A stretch of DNA of 64,000 nt, filler included, from Porpidia crustulata (taxonomy: Eukaryota): assembly GCA_964255105.1 (NCBI GenBank). It is 11 parts of 11 records of this genome, joined end to end, with 100 filler letters (N's around TTAATTAATTAA, not from the genome) between each part and the next. Parts side by side here need not be neighbours in the genome. Positions count along the whole stretch, not along the records: positions 35,185 to 40,944 come from CAXUWE010001710.1; positions 41,045 to 46,804 come from CAXUWE010001711.1; positions 46,905 to 52,664 come from CAXUWE010001712.1; positions 52,765 to 58,515 come from CAXUWE010001713.1; 7 more parts are not named here. One strand, given 5' to 3'. Numbering within the stretch: the stretch's first letter is position 1; each line of letters begins with the position of its first letter. Of the stretch, positions 40,601 through 55,399 are shown in pieces. The notes below the pieces were generated by a model. It saw nothing but the letters and a program-made list of their open reading frames with translations, searched no databases and was not told where the DNA came from. Made by a program: the position numbers and the translations under genes.

Positions 40601-40944
40601 ACCGTATCAGGCTTGGATGATCACAACTTTGTACATGGACATCCATTGGACCAGTCTAGCACGAATCTAGTTGAAGAAACTGTGCGTGATAAGCTACAAA
40701 AGCAAGCTTCGGTCGAGTCTGCCAGCCGAAACCAGATTCGTAAGAAGGTCCAGCGGACCAAGTCGCGAATAAAGCCTGCCGAGCATGCACAGCCTACTGA
40801 GGCCTCACAACTTGCACCATCATCTTGGCTCAACAGCCTTACGTCCTACGTCCCTTTTTTCGGGGTCACCACCCCCACAGCCGACTTCCAACAGCCGAAA
40901 GTCCCCCGAGCACCCAAACCACTGAGCCTCTACCTCCCCTGGAC
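37667..40944 (+). CDS. Large low-complexity AT-hook protein, 3'-truncated
   Basis: More than 1090 open codons. AT hooks KKGRGRPRK and GRGRPRK. Ordered islands LSPWRIRVTVEAE, FDSILESEGFSMVS and FSGFGAGTRRELRAGLRLGEELA. Confidence 0.8.
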
Positions 40945-41044
40945 NNNNNNNNNNNNNNNNNNNNNNNNNNNNNNNNNNNNNNNNNNNNTTAATTAATTAA
41001 NNNNNNNNNNNNNNNNNNNNNNNNNNNNNNNNNNNNNNNNNNNN
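40945..41044. other. Artificial contig spacer
   Basis: N44-TTAATTAATTAA-N44. Confidence 0.98.
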
Positions 41045-42170
41045 ATTGAATTTGTAATTGATTTTTGAAGAAAGATGAAAGTAGTAAAGTGGGGTGTGCG
41101 GGGGACCGGAACGTGCACGGGCCCGGGAATACTCCTACAAGCACGGTCCGACTTTCTTCCCTTCCCTGATCCTCAATAGATATTCCTACGGCGGACAGCA
41201 CCAGCAGAATATACCAACCCCCTATTTGAATCATGCAACACAACATACTCCACGCTGCCCCTCGGACTGAGTATGTATACATGTATGTCGCTATATGTAT
41301 GCAGGTTGTTGTCGAGCAACAAGACCGCTATCGTTTGAAGCCGAATTAGTTCTAGGGCACATGACAGCTAAGTATTTGAATTCTGTGAATTATAATGCAG
41401 AACCAGAACATGTATATAGCAGATTTGTGATCGAGATTGGCCTGATCAATCATTACATTACGGCAAATCTTGAACTTCATTAATTTAATTTGATTCAACT
41501 AGGATATATCTTTCGTCCTGCAGTCTTTCAGATCGCTCCTAGAGTTAACGAGGACATCTTTCAAAAGCGCATCATGGACAGACGTGGTAAGAAAATTTAT
41601 ATAGAGCGCCTCAATCGTCTCGAGCCGGACTTCGTTGTTTATTGGAGCGACGATGTGATTACGGAGGAAGATATCCACACCATATCTAAAGCAACAGGTG
41701 GAAGCATGAGCTACCGAATCCAAGAGTGCTTGCCCAAAGCCTGGAGACGTGCGCCAAACGATCGATTTGTCTTACTGATGAAATACCTAATGTCCTTCAG
41801 GTTTAATCGAATCATTAGCTAGGGGTCGAATCCGTGAATTACTTGTGAACATGCGAAAGTGTCGGTATACACCTTGATAGCGATTTGATCCGAGCTGCAG
41901 GGTCAATGTGTGAATGACACGTCGAGCCCAGTGCCAAAATCCCTTTCCACTTTGTTCTAAGCTCTTCAAACTCTCACTCCTCAAGTAAAAAGCTCTCGTT
42001 TCCCTGTTTCAGCAACTGAAGAGTCGACATTTTAGTAGTTAATCTACATACCCATTTTGTTAATACCCTGTTCGACAACGAGACTTACCTCATCTTTCAT
42101 CTCATTTCTTCTCATGACAATCCTCTATCATATCATCAACGGCAGAAATTCTATTGGACAAAATTACCAG

Positions 42171-43125
42171 ATGTCAAAGGTATATGATCGAGATGGGCTG
42201 CCGCTCCAAAACTCGTACTGGCACTTCTTGCTTGGGTTGGATGGTGGTGGGACTTTGAGGACGAGCAAGGCCAGAAGGGTGAGAGAATCACGACAGGATG
42301 AGAGAATCCCGTCGACGTTGATTTTTGGTTACAGAATTCTGACGATGTCGCGATTTATACTTTATTAGGTTGCTCGAGAACTCTGGGCCGAGAAAGATGC
42401 CAAAGACGCTCAAGCTGCCAAAGACGCCAAAGCTGCCGCCGAAGCCGCTGAGGCAGCCAAGGCTGCCGAAGAAGCCAAAGTTACAGCAGAAGCTAAAGCA
42501 GCTGAAGAGGCCAAGGCCGCCGCTGAAGCTGCCAAATGGTCTGAAGTTGAAGATAAAATGCTCCTCAACCTCAAAAATCTCGATCTTAGCTGGAAAGATA
42601 TTGGTGTCATCATGGGGAAGGATAATGATGCAGTGAAAGCACGATACAAGGAGCTCATTGCCGCCAAAGAAAAGACAGAAGCTGCTGCTGACGCAGGTGA
42701 GAGCGCGGGAAGGAAGTCCGAAGAGAAGAAAGACAAGGAGGGTAAATCGAAGGAGCACAAGCACAAGGAAGATAAGAGCAAAGGGAAGGAAAATAAGGAC
42801 GAGGAGCCCAAGAGTATCTTAAAGAAAGCTGCCAAACACAAAGAGCCAAAGCAGGGTGAGGTGGGTTCCAATGGCACCCCCCAAATCATTAATGTCGTTC
42901 TCGGCGGCGATGATGAATTGAGTACGGAAGATGTAAGTCGCTCAGTCCTCGTCTGCCTGGAGTTACTGATATCCTCATTCGCAGCTGAAGGAGATATTCC
43001 GTATGAACGAGCATTACAATCGGAAGAAGTTTATTGAAATAACTTCGAAGCTCTTCGACAAGACGGGAAAGCGGATTGATCCGGACATTCTTGCCCATAA
43101 ACTCAAGCATGTGCCTACGCCTTGA
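42171..43125 (+). CDS. Myb/SANT-like domain protein (~270 aa, 3 exons)
   Basis: Exons 42171-42278, 42369-42932 and 42985-43125 splice in frame. WSEVEDKMLL...SWKDIG..MGK....VKARYKEL and C-terminal SKLFDKTGKRIDP. Confidence 0.7.
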
Positions 43126-43955
43126 TGAAGTAAATGCATCAGACGCATTTTCTTCTGAGGTCTAGGTTAGGTAGAGATGAAGGAGATTGTGCTGAAGATA
43201 ACGGATACTAAGATGGTAGACCTTGATAAAATTGAAGGCTGCCGGTTCTAGCAAGTTGTGCCTTTCCACCTGCCCATCCTGCCTCTTGTGTATCGTGACA
43301 AGTAGTGACCCGTGACGAGAAATAACTTGGTAGAGTGGAGTAATACAGCCTTATCGGAGTAACTGGCAGAACATACCAATGTCATAAGTAGGAAAGCGAG
43401 GACTTTACATACAATCTCGACAGTTTCATCGGAGAACCGGGTATCAATAAACGCAACTCTATAGTAGTGGAACTTAAACAGGTTGCTGTCATTGTTTGTA
43501 AAGAGAAAGCAACGCGTTCTTGCGGCAGTATTGCACTACATCATTAGACCTTCATATTAATAGCCAGATCGGACGCCTCATAGGATTACCATCCGTATTG
43601 TCTTGAATGATCTGTTGAATCCGAGTTTGCTGCACCAGACAAACCTATCATCCCCCCAATGTCATCTGCCAATCCAGCTGACTCTGGCAATGTCCTATGG
43701 CGACTACATATTTTACAAAAGCCTCTATCGCAAGTCAACCATACTTTCGCTCATCGAATCCAGGTTGAGGGCCATTTACAGCTTATGATATCCTGTGTTT
43801 CAACATACGCTACCGAGTTGCTTCCCGTCGATATGCCATTTTGGTGTATCGCAACAAGCTAATCAGGTACAGCGCCACCGAATCTCATGAGATCAAGTGA
43901 CTAATATGTGTAGCATCAGGAGCACCAATCTGTTTTGCAGCCTCTACAAGCTACC

Positions 43956-44174
43956 ATGTGTCGATACTATCGGTACGCTTGGACTTGTGGCCATCGCCAA
44001 CATGTTTTCGCGTCATTTTGCTCGCACGCGAATTTCACACAGACGCGGTGCACTAGGAAGGATGTTTGGCACGAACTATCCATGGGTGAGGATTGCAGAG
44101 ACTGCTCGACTCCCCGAGTAGGAGGAACATATTCTACAGACTCCAAGGGATATCGCGCACTTGAGTACAAGTGA
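43956..44174 (+). CDS. Small Cys/His-rich putative zinc-binding protein (72 aa)
   Basis: MCx8CGHx8Cx9C...CRDC. ACCATG start context, preceded by a likely 5'UTR intron acceptor (CTAAT...TTGCAG at 43940). Confidence 0.65.
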   Translation: MCRYYRYAWTCGHRQHVFASFCSHANFTQTRCTRKDVWHELSMGEDCRDCSTPRVGGTYSTDSKGYRALEYK

Positions 44175-46406
44175 TGGAACTCTTTGGGTTCCGAGGGATA
44201 ACAACGATAGACGGGCAAGGTACTTGAGGCTAGAGGCAGGATTGTTATTCGCGAGTCGCGTCAAACGAAACCATCAAGATTTACGCCGTCGTGGTTTGGC
44301 AATGAACAACATGATGAGGGGTTGGGGCAGCCGATGGAAAGAATTTATAAATCCTGCTTCGACCAGCTGTTGCTAGCTCCTCACGGTAGTCGCTGAGGCT
44401 GCGATGCTCGCCATGGTATTCTTTTGCAAGTCTCAATCTGGCCAGAGTCGAGGGCAAAAGGGAGCGATGGTTGTGTTCACCGCCTTTTCTTAATTACTGA
44501 AAGGTTTGTACGACTCCAGGCTATTGCGCTAGCCGGGAGTTTATCGAAACAGGCCAAAGTCCTCAAGGTTTGTGGTGCGCTGGCAATCTTCGTTCCACAC
44601 TATGGCCAATATTTGCAGAATGAAAAACAGAGTGTCAAAGGTTAGAAGCGTGGCATTGTCAGGGGATCATGGGGCATCTATCTATATAGAGAACAGCGAC
44701 ACGTGCCACAGTCTGAACCAGCCTGTGCTAGCTTACCAGGGAGCTCCCCCAGCTTCACCCTAAGGATCTCCCCGCCGCCACGATTGCTGCCCTACAAGTC
44801 ACCCCTGCGTCATCTCACTTGTTCCACGCCCAAATCCCGACCAAATCTTAGCATCTTCCTCTAGCATAGTTCTCCCAAACATTCATACCATAAGCCTCAT
44901 CACGAACCCGCGAAGCTTGACCAGAGTTATACTCTATACACGCCTTTCCATCATGCTCTGCTTAGTCGAAGTAACAGCCAAGTGTTCAGGCCCTGTCCAG
45001 ACTATATCTTCCAGCATCTCCGTCCGCGGCCCCCATCTACGTTCAGGTCGAAGATCTCCTAGGCACATAGACCTGGACCAACCCCTTCGGCTATGCAGAG
45101 ATTCGGCACGATGCTAGGATCAGCTCTCGAGGACGATGGCGGTCGATGGTGGACTACGGGCTGCTCAGTGGAGGGAGTCCGTTGTGTCCGTTGTGTATGA
45201 CACGTATGCAAGCTTCATGCAGGACCAACTCAACGCCCGTCCATCAGCTCCCTCAAGCTTTCCCCCAAGACTCTAAAATGCCGCTTGCCTCTTAATGGCA
45301 TTATCGAGGTAAACTGTTTTTCTCGTTTGATTTTTCCTCTCTATTTCTGTTCAACCATCCAATCGCATTTCAATTATCACCATAGTTTTACCTCGATTGA
45401 ATTTCGACATTGCGGCCCATCAGTTGACGAGATTGTGTGCGCCCGCGGAATAGTAGCCCCAGATCGCGTATTATCTAGCCTTGCGGCTCCCGAACTCCCC
45501 TGTTAAATTCCGCACTGCGATCTAGAAAAATCGAAATTTGGAGCTCGAGGTCCAAGCATTGACCAGCTTATCATAATTTCCAGGGAGCTCCTCTCAACTC
45601 AATTGTGTACTCGGAAGATTTGTCAAGACCTGGAAGAAGCTCAATTGAGTCGCAATGCTTCCAAGAATCGTTTCTGTCCAATTGGAAGCATTGCGCTGAG
45701 CCCAAGCATCATGAGCTTCTAGAAGTAGCCACGAGAAAAAGAGCTTGACCGGATTGTACTTTTCTGTAAGCAGCAATATCTTAGTATTAAGACGCACATG
45801 CTTACAACAGTGTAGGTATTCAATTGAAGCTCATCATTTGACGTCGATCTTCGTGATCCCTCTGTACTATAGTACCATAATACCACAAACCTACCCATCC
45901 TTGGACCTTGACGCTACACATTTATACCAATTGAGCCTGGAGGAATACATCGTCACCATAGGCCGGGTATTGTGGCCAATCAAGAAGCGGCTACCTCCGT
46001 AGGAACTGCGAATCACAGGTGTCAAAGATCGTCCTGGCCGCTTATAGGACGGACCAATACATAATTGCCGTTCAGGCCGCGAAAATCACAGGTAAATCGA
46101 AGGAGCGTTTAGTATGCATACGTCTAGCTGGGTGTACAAAAGAGCACACAATCACGATAGAGATTATTGCCTGGTCGGATCCGACACCATTCGACATTGC
46201 CATATGAGTGAAGTAAACTTGGCAGGTGGGTTCTTGCGAATTCACTACTTGCGATATCCGTTCAAGTAAATTGATATGTTGAGGCTAAGTCGCCGATTGC
46301 TCAGTTTCGGACATTTAGCAACTCTCTTAAAAATCCATGCCCATCAACCACCACAGCTAACATGTTGGTATTCCAGAAAACCGGTGACGCGCGGTCGGAT
46401 AGTTTG

Positions 46407-46804
46407 ATGGCCTCTGCGGAGGTGGATCAAAAGTTCCTCGGCCGATTCGCCAAGAGCACCAACGATGCCAACCCATTTCTCTCCTCCATGCTTTACAAAG
46501 TCCTCGGGCTCTCCGTTATCCTCTCCAGATACCTTGCCCGCGCTCGCCGACACCGCAAGCTTGACACCACCCGGGATACCAAATCCCTCCAACTGTACCA
46601 TCGCATCATCTGGCTCGGGCGCGAAGGGGTTATATTGACGGAACAATACATCCTCCAGATGGTAGACGACTTCATCGAGCTCAGAGTCCTCGCCTTCAAA
46701 CTCCGCGCCTCCTTCTACCACATATTCGTCCTGTTCCACAACCAACCCTCCGTCAACCAGACCGCCATCCCCTCCTTCACCTCCTCGACCGCCAAAGGCA
46801 AAGC
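46407..46804 (+). CDS. Divergent fungal 14-3-3-domain-like protein, N-terminal part
   Basis: MASAEVDQKFLGR...KSLQLYHRIIWLGREG...KLRASFYHIFVLFHNQP, recalled as the N-terminus of a Pezizomycotina 14-3-3-like family. Cut by the spacer. Confidence 0.65.
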
Positions 46805-46904
46805 NNNNNNNNNNNNNNNNNNNNNNNNNNNNNNNNNNNNNNNNNNNNTTAATTAATTAANNNNNNNNNNNNNNNNNNNNNNNNNNNNNNNNNNNNNNNN
46901 NNNN
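46805..46904. other. Artificial contig spacer
   Basis: N44-TTAATTAATTAA-N44. Confidence 0.98.
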
Positions 46905-49829
46905 TTCTCATACACCCGTCTCCGCACGATAGCACCCCCATCTTCCTCTCAGCCAAAGTTGCTTCTCCACAAGCCAAGGCAAGGCGTCTTTGATACCGGT
47001 ATCCTCGAAGCTGCGATTGTAGTGCCAGGATGGATCTTTCACGTGTGCAGGGCACGTCGATGACTGGGAGCTCAGTCTTTCTATCCACCCCCTTGATCGC
47101 CATATCTCGCAAGAATGAGGTTTCTATGATTGCTGTGGTTTGGAGGAGTTTAGCTGGTCCAAGGAACCAACTTGGGATGTCATAGATTCGAGATGAAGAC
47201 TTTGCTGTTTTAAACTCCGATGATGACGTCGGAGTGACTGGGAGAGTAACCATGACATTGGCAGGAATCTGGTCTTGCTCACCACCCTCCTCATCATTAT
47301 CATCGCTCTCCATAACCCCACCAACAACATCCCCATCCCCATACCCACTCAAAGCTTCTCCCAAAACCCGAACATCCGCATCACAAGCGTCTAACATCAT
47401 AACCCCCATCGAATCTCCCCTCAAGCAAGCACGCCCTTCTTCTTCTCCTCCACCACCCACGATATCGCTCAACGTATCTTCCACATCTCTCGAACAACCC
47501 TCTCGAACAGCACGCTTGACTGCATAAGCCTTCGTCAACGCGTCCTTCCAAACGCTGGATGATACCGATGGCGGGAGTAAGAGGAAGTCTGGGCTGGGGG
47601 CTGCGGTTGTGGTGTAGAAAGAGAGGATTTTGTTAGGGACAGGTGAGCGATCGGGAGATTTCTTGTATGCTGTAGTTTTGGATTTTTCCAAGCCTGTTTT
47701 GGGAGCCTGCTCGACGGAAGATCCGTAAAGAGGTTTTTCGTCTTCGGCAGGGGTTTTATGCAAAGGGGATTTCGACATGGCTGCTTCGTTGTTTTGGTAC
47801 TCCTCGCCAAAGGGAGTTGTGTGGAGAAGTTTGATGGCGCCGGTGAAGGGTGATATGTTAGGTAAGTCGCAGAGATCAGGCATAGTTGTGAGGGCTATTG
47901 TAGGTGTGATGCGAGCATTGTTGGCAAAAACATCGTCTGGATTGAGGGGTGAGGTTGCTGCCTTCCGGGGTAGGTTCTCCTTCCCGGAAATGGTAGTAAT
48001 TTGATCGTGGCTTTTAACTTGAAGAGCAGGCTCGAGGTCACCCACCGCAATAGTTTCCGCAGGACCACTTAAAGCCACTGAACGAGGGTCCTCTTCGATG
48101 CTCTGATATGCATCGCCATCAGCCGCTAAAATGCCTTCTTGCGCTAGACCAGTATCCCCTACAGCGGTCTCTCTTGATACCGTCGTCTTAGCTTTCTTGT
48201 CAGCCTTCGGTTTCGCCTTTTTGACTGCTTTCCCTTTCTTGGAGTCGTTGGTTCGCGTGAGCAAGTACGAGTCTGGGCTTGGTCCTGAACGATCGGGAGA
48301 GTCGGCTCCTGTCGGACTAGTAGTTGGTGGGTTTGAAGATGTTGAAGACAGATTGTCGGATCTATCATCTAAGTTGGATCTAAGAGAGGTTGGTGGTCGA
48401 GAGATAGGCGTTTCTGATGGAATTTTCTCTGCTGTTGGTAGTGAAGACTCCTTCTGGCGCGGCAGGCGTTGGAGAGTATCCTGGTGCTTTGGAAACAGGT
48501 TTGTAGACTTGGAATCCTCTTGTGCTTTCTCAGTGTCAATGACCAAACTCGATGTAGGCTTGACTTCATATTTTGACATATGGTGCTCATCGTAGCATTC
48601 AGCTTTTGGCGTATCTTTGGGTACTTGCTTTCCGGCGGGAATCTTGGCGAGAGGCTCTGGCTCATCCGACAGAGGAGGGTAATCTCGAAGCTGGGGTGTT
48701 CGGACACTGGGTGCCTCGTTCTTACTAGGGGCCGTGAAAGGAAGTATTATTTCGCTTTGTGAAAGAATGGTAGCATTATCGTGGGTCTTAGCTACCTCGG
48801 TGGACTTCTCAGCAACGGTCTTCCTAGCCTTCTTCTTGATGGTCTTTCCTCTCTTAGTGCTCTTACCTTTCGTCGACAAGTGGGAGAAAAGGCCTGGACT
48901 CGACCCCTCGTTATTGCTTAGGGGCTGAGCGCTTGACTCCTGCGCATGAACTCTAGATGGCTCGTCCAGCTCCTTTGGAATGTGTCTATGCTCAAGGCAC
49001 ACTGGGCCTGAAACAGCGCTTACAGGTGCTTGAGGAGTCTGCTTTGATAGAGGAAGAGACATGTCATCTTGATTTAACGGGATCTTCGACGAAATATCCT
49101 TGTTGGCAAAGGGAAGTATCGTGGGCTCGGATATCTGAGATGTTGTAGAGTTCGGAGCATGATGTGGCTTGATATCCGGTAGAGTTGCGCAGTCATCAAA
49201 TATCATGGCGTGCTGGCTGTCTCCCTGGACATTGCTCTTTGGTGTAGCGGACCTCCACGACCCCCTCTCAAATTTCTGGACCCGTGTATCGACCGCAGCC
49301 CCATCATCAACAATCTTTATCGACTTCGGACGTGAAGGACTCGGGGAAGCTGGCTTACCATATGCCCTTGGATAACCATAAGCGTCGACGAACATTCTCT
49401 GCCGAAGAAAAACATGGTACTCGTCAAGTACAGGATCCAGCTCAACGCGATAATTGGCCAATCGATCTTCCGGGGCCAGCGATGGCAAGACTACACAAGT
49501 CTCAGGGCCTGTGGTACCGATATTACATAAAGTAGCTTTAATACGGTATAGGTTCTTAGTTACTCCATCTTTATCGACGATTAAGTATTTCTGTACTGGT
49601 TTAGCTAGGGATATCACGAAAGTCTGCTTGATGGGGGAAACTTACTTCAGCTTTAGATACGATTTCACACCATGATCCTGGTGCTACATATCCGCGCTGT
49701 CGGTTCACCTGAAAATCAGGATTAGCAAAGCATGATCAAGATAAGCTTCATTGGACATACCAAGATCTCGAGGACTAATGGCTTCCATCCAGAATGAATC
49801 ACCAGTCGGGGTCGAATTTGATATGGCAT
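46905..49829 (-). CDS. Large hypothetical P/S/T/K-rich protein, 3'-truncated
   Basis: A ~900-codon ORF plus two short upstream exons (MPYQIRPRL...LEIL|VNRQ...KAE|KYL) with GTATGT and GTAAGT donors. Confidence 0.65.
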
Positions 49830-50509
49830 AGTATCGATGGTAATACTGCCTAACGGCTACGATGACGATATGATTAGAGAGGTGCAGAGTGTATCTGATT
49901 CAGGTCGAAAGCTTCACTGCGTGACTTCCTATTTCAAGGATTTGTTCTTTTTCTGGAGCTGTTTCTTGATAAAAGTTGCGGATGTTGCTAGCAAGATAAG
50001 CTGCAGAACCTGATTGAATTGGAATAACCTGGAAGAGTTCTGATGATGCGATGTTAGAATGAAAATGAAGATCATGAGTATTTTGATAAGTAAGCGTATA
50101 TATGTCAGATGAAATCGGAAGGAAGTGTCAGACAAAAACGACACAAAAACAAGAAAGTGTCGGGCTCTCGACAATTGCTTCCACGCAAATCCATCCGTCG
50201 ACGTATAATATTTTGCCTGTTGCTGGTACTTCGACACCGCAATAATTCATCTCAACAACACGCTACCAAAGACTTGACACGAATGAAAGATGACTTGGTA
50301 TGGCCGGGGTGAATTGATAAGAACCTATGGATACGAAGTAGAGAAAGAAATAGAAGTACCTAGAGCTGGAATGAGAGACTATGCTTTGGCTAAGAGGTGG
50401 AATATGGGAGGCAGAGACTTGAGTGCAGGGGAAAAAGCAGACCTCAAATCATCTGCAGCTGCAACATCACCTTCAAAAGAAAGGGACATTTGTTGCTAAT
50501 CCTCCTTCA

Positions 50510-52262
50510 CTACAACAAATTAATTCCCACTCCAAACTGTAACCCCTTCCTTCCCTCCTCTCCCCTCCTAAGAACCACTGGTAAAGAAAAGTTGAGTTCA
50601 AATCTTGCAACTGGATGTGCATATACCAGCCCGATCCCAGCTGCCATGCTCGGTAGTCCGTTTCCCAGCTCCGCGATTGTCGAGCTGATACTCTTCCTTA
50701 CTGATTCCGTATCCATACTGCCATCTCTCCCATCGTTGGATGGCGATTTCTTCAACGCAAGAAGTCGGCCCCCGTTGAGAAACGCTTGTAAGCGGAAAGG
50801 TTTATCAGCACCGACACGTGGTACCGGGAAATATAGATTTGCGCTACCCGCGGCGTAGACGTCACCACCAAGAGCATCACCACCGTCCCGGGGTCCCAAG
50901 CCTGATAGACGAAAGCCACGAACATCAGTGGGACCGCCAAGTTGGAAACGATCATTTATACGCGAGGGGAGAGGCTTGGTATCAAAACCGAGGGGAAGAG
51001 GGTAGAGAAATCCGCCACGAAGTCCAGCAGAGAACGAGACTCCACTATCATCTTTAACGCCTGGTATAGGGATAGGTATGGCGGCTTGGGCTTCAGCTTC
51101 AGCTTTGCCAAAAGCTACATCGCCTTGGAGAGGCCCCCAGCCGGCTAATTCTAGATTTGTTTTGTTGTAGTGACCTCGAGTGGCAAGGATAGGGTTATCT
51201 CGTGTGTCGTTCATCCACGTGTGAGAAATACTACTCTTCACGCTATCCCCTGCGTCGCATCTGATTGTGGGGGATGCGTTACTGGCGAGGCCAGTGATCT
51301 GACGCCAGACCCCATTGTAGCCGAGCTCATGTCGGCCGCCTCCGCGTGCAATCCATCGAAGCTTTGCCCAGCCTCCTTTGAGTACCTCTTCATGACTTGA
51401 CCAGCTCTTCTGAGTCGAACTTGCCAGCCCGCCGATTTCTCCGCGGAAGTCAGGGTTACTGAGGAACGGCGTCTCAAAGCTGGCTTGGTACGCGGAGCGA
51501 GTTCGTGTGCCAAGAGATGCGTGAAGATTGAGGCTTTCTGCGCCGCCAAACAAGTTGCGTGCAAGGATATTGGCATATGCCGAACCTTCGGCATTTCCAA
51601 CATCGGTGCCGGTTTTTAGGAGAATGCGCGACTTTTCTCGTACTTTGAGGTAGATGTCAATATCGGTTGGGGTAGACGAAGGATCTGTTCGTGAAGGGCG
51701 GTCTATAAATAGAGAGATCGGCTGATGGAAGATGTCTGTGCGATCTGTCAATTCCCTCTCGTAAATGCAGGACTGAGTTATTGACCAAATCTGTGTAACT
51801 TATCTACTCCAATTGAGGCTTCACTTATGGCTTCTGCAAGTGTATAAGGGCGATCCTGGTTGGCACTGAGTATAGGGTTGAATATGCGCTCAAGGAAATT
51901 TTTCCGCGTATGGTTGGCATTCAGCACCCGTATAGAAGAAATCGTACATGGCAATGTCGAATTGCTTTCAATCTAGGTATTTTGTGAGCCAAATGTAATA
52001 GATATATTCGTAGCTTGGAGCTCGAAGTCCCATGTTGAATTACCTACCAATTCGCTCAATCTCCTTTGCGCCTTTTCATACTGAGCATGCTCTCTCTCAT
52101 ACAAAGCTCTGGCCTTTTCCTCTTGAATCTTCGGATCCACCCGTCTTTGAAGCTTCTCGAAGATTTGCTTCACACAAGGATGTTAGCATGACATTAATGC
52201 ATCTACCCGGGCAGCTCTCAGAATTGACTCACATCATCTTCAGGATCCAATGGTGTTGCCAT
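50510..52262 (-). CDS. SAM50: Mitochondrial SAM complex beta-barrel Sam50/Tob55
   Basis: KTGTDVGNAEGSAY, RNLFGGAE, DRFQLGGPTDVRGF, DALGGD, ARFELNFSLP and terminal GLQFGVGINLL. Short 5' exons from ATG 52262. Confidence 0.93.
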
Positions 52263-52529
52263 TGAACGTGAATTGATGTCTCCAGCGCAAGACCAGCAGC
52301 TCGAAAGTGACTAGCGCCGGATTTAAATGCGACAAGTACCGACCAAGTCTCACAAAGAACAGCAACCTCATCTTGCCTCACAACATCGTTTATCTCAAAT
52401 CAAGAGGCCATGTAGATTTCAAGTAAGCGCTTTCAACATATCGAAGTCTCGGAAATATTTGAGTAAAGACCGAATTTCGACTTATCGGCGAGCTCTCACA
52501 ACCTCGCTCACGCCGGCGCCACCTCCGCG

Positions 52530-52664
52530 ATGGCAACTAGAGCAGCCAACAAACGAGTAACCGCCGCCCCCTCTCACCTTCCTTTATCCCTTTGACTAAT
52601 CCTCGCCTCAACAGCTCACCCGCGAATACCAAACCATCACCGCCAACCCGCCCCCCTACATAAC
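52530..52664 (+). CDS. UBC6: Ubiquitin-conjugating enzyme Ubc6 (UBE2J), 5' fragment
   Basis: MATRAANKR|LTREYQTITANPPPYI across a GTAACC...CTAAT...CAG intron. Cut by the spacer. Confidence 0.8.
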
Positions 52665-52764
52665 NNNNNNNNNNNNNNNNNNNNNNNNNNNNNNNNNNNN
52701 NNNNNNNNTTAATTAATTAANNNNNNNNNNNNNNNNNNNNNNNNNNNNNNNNNNNNNNNNNNNN
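52665..52764. other. Artificial contig spacer
   Basis: N44-TTAATTAATTAA-N44. Confidence 0.98.
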
Positions 52765-52982
52765 AGCGGCTTCAAAGGCCCCCGGATTGGGACGTTCAAA
52801 CACCTAAAAGTAGATACTATTTGTTATACTTTATCTTATTTCTTATTGTTGGATCAGCTATAAAAGCAGTTTCTGTCTATGGGAATGTATATTAGAAATG
52901 CTTCGCTTTCGTCATCTTCGATGCACGCTCTGAAATTCAACACGTCCGCTTCGGACTATGCTAGCATCTATGTCCATCAGAA

Positions 52983-55066
<2,084 letters not shown>

Positions 55067-55399
55067 GTTGAGTGGTTGTAAAACGCTGAATGTCTGTGCA
55101 GACAATGGCGTCAGTAAAAGAAAAGTATGGTTCGATTAACAGAATGATTGATTTCGAGATTCAAATGGGGTAGAGCAAGAGTAGTGGTTGTCGAGAACCA
55201 ACTACCTGCCCCTTGATGCCCCTTGACGGGGTAAATGGTACGTACCTTGCTTGGCTTCCCCACTATTGAGTTGCTGTTGTTGTCACTGTCAAAGCGCACG
55301 GCCTATGATAAGGGTTGAAACGTATGAATAGCTATCGACTATCTTCCATGTATTTGTCTCTTCACCCTGGCTTTGATATGCGCTGTCCGTCACTTTACA

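Noticed and set aside
41490..41822. 110-aa ORF with protein-like composition
   Set aside because: TTG start, no motif and no supporting exon structure; at most a relic.
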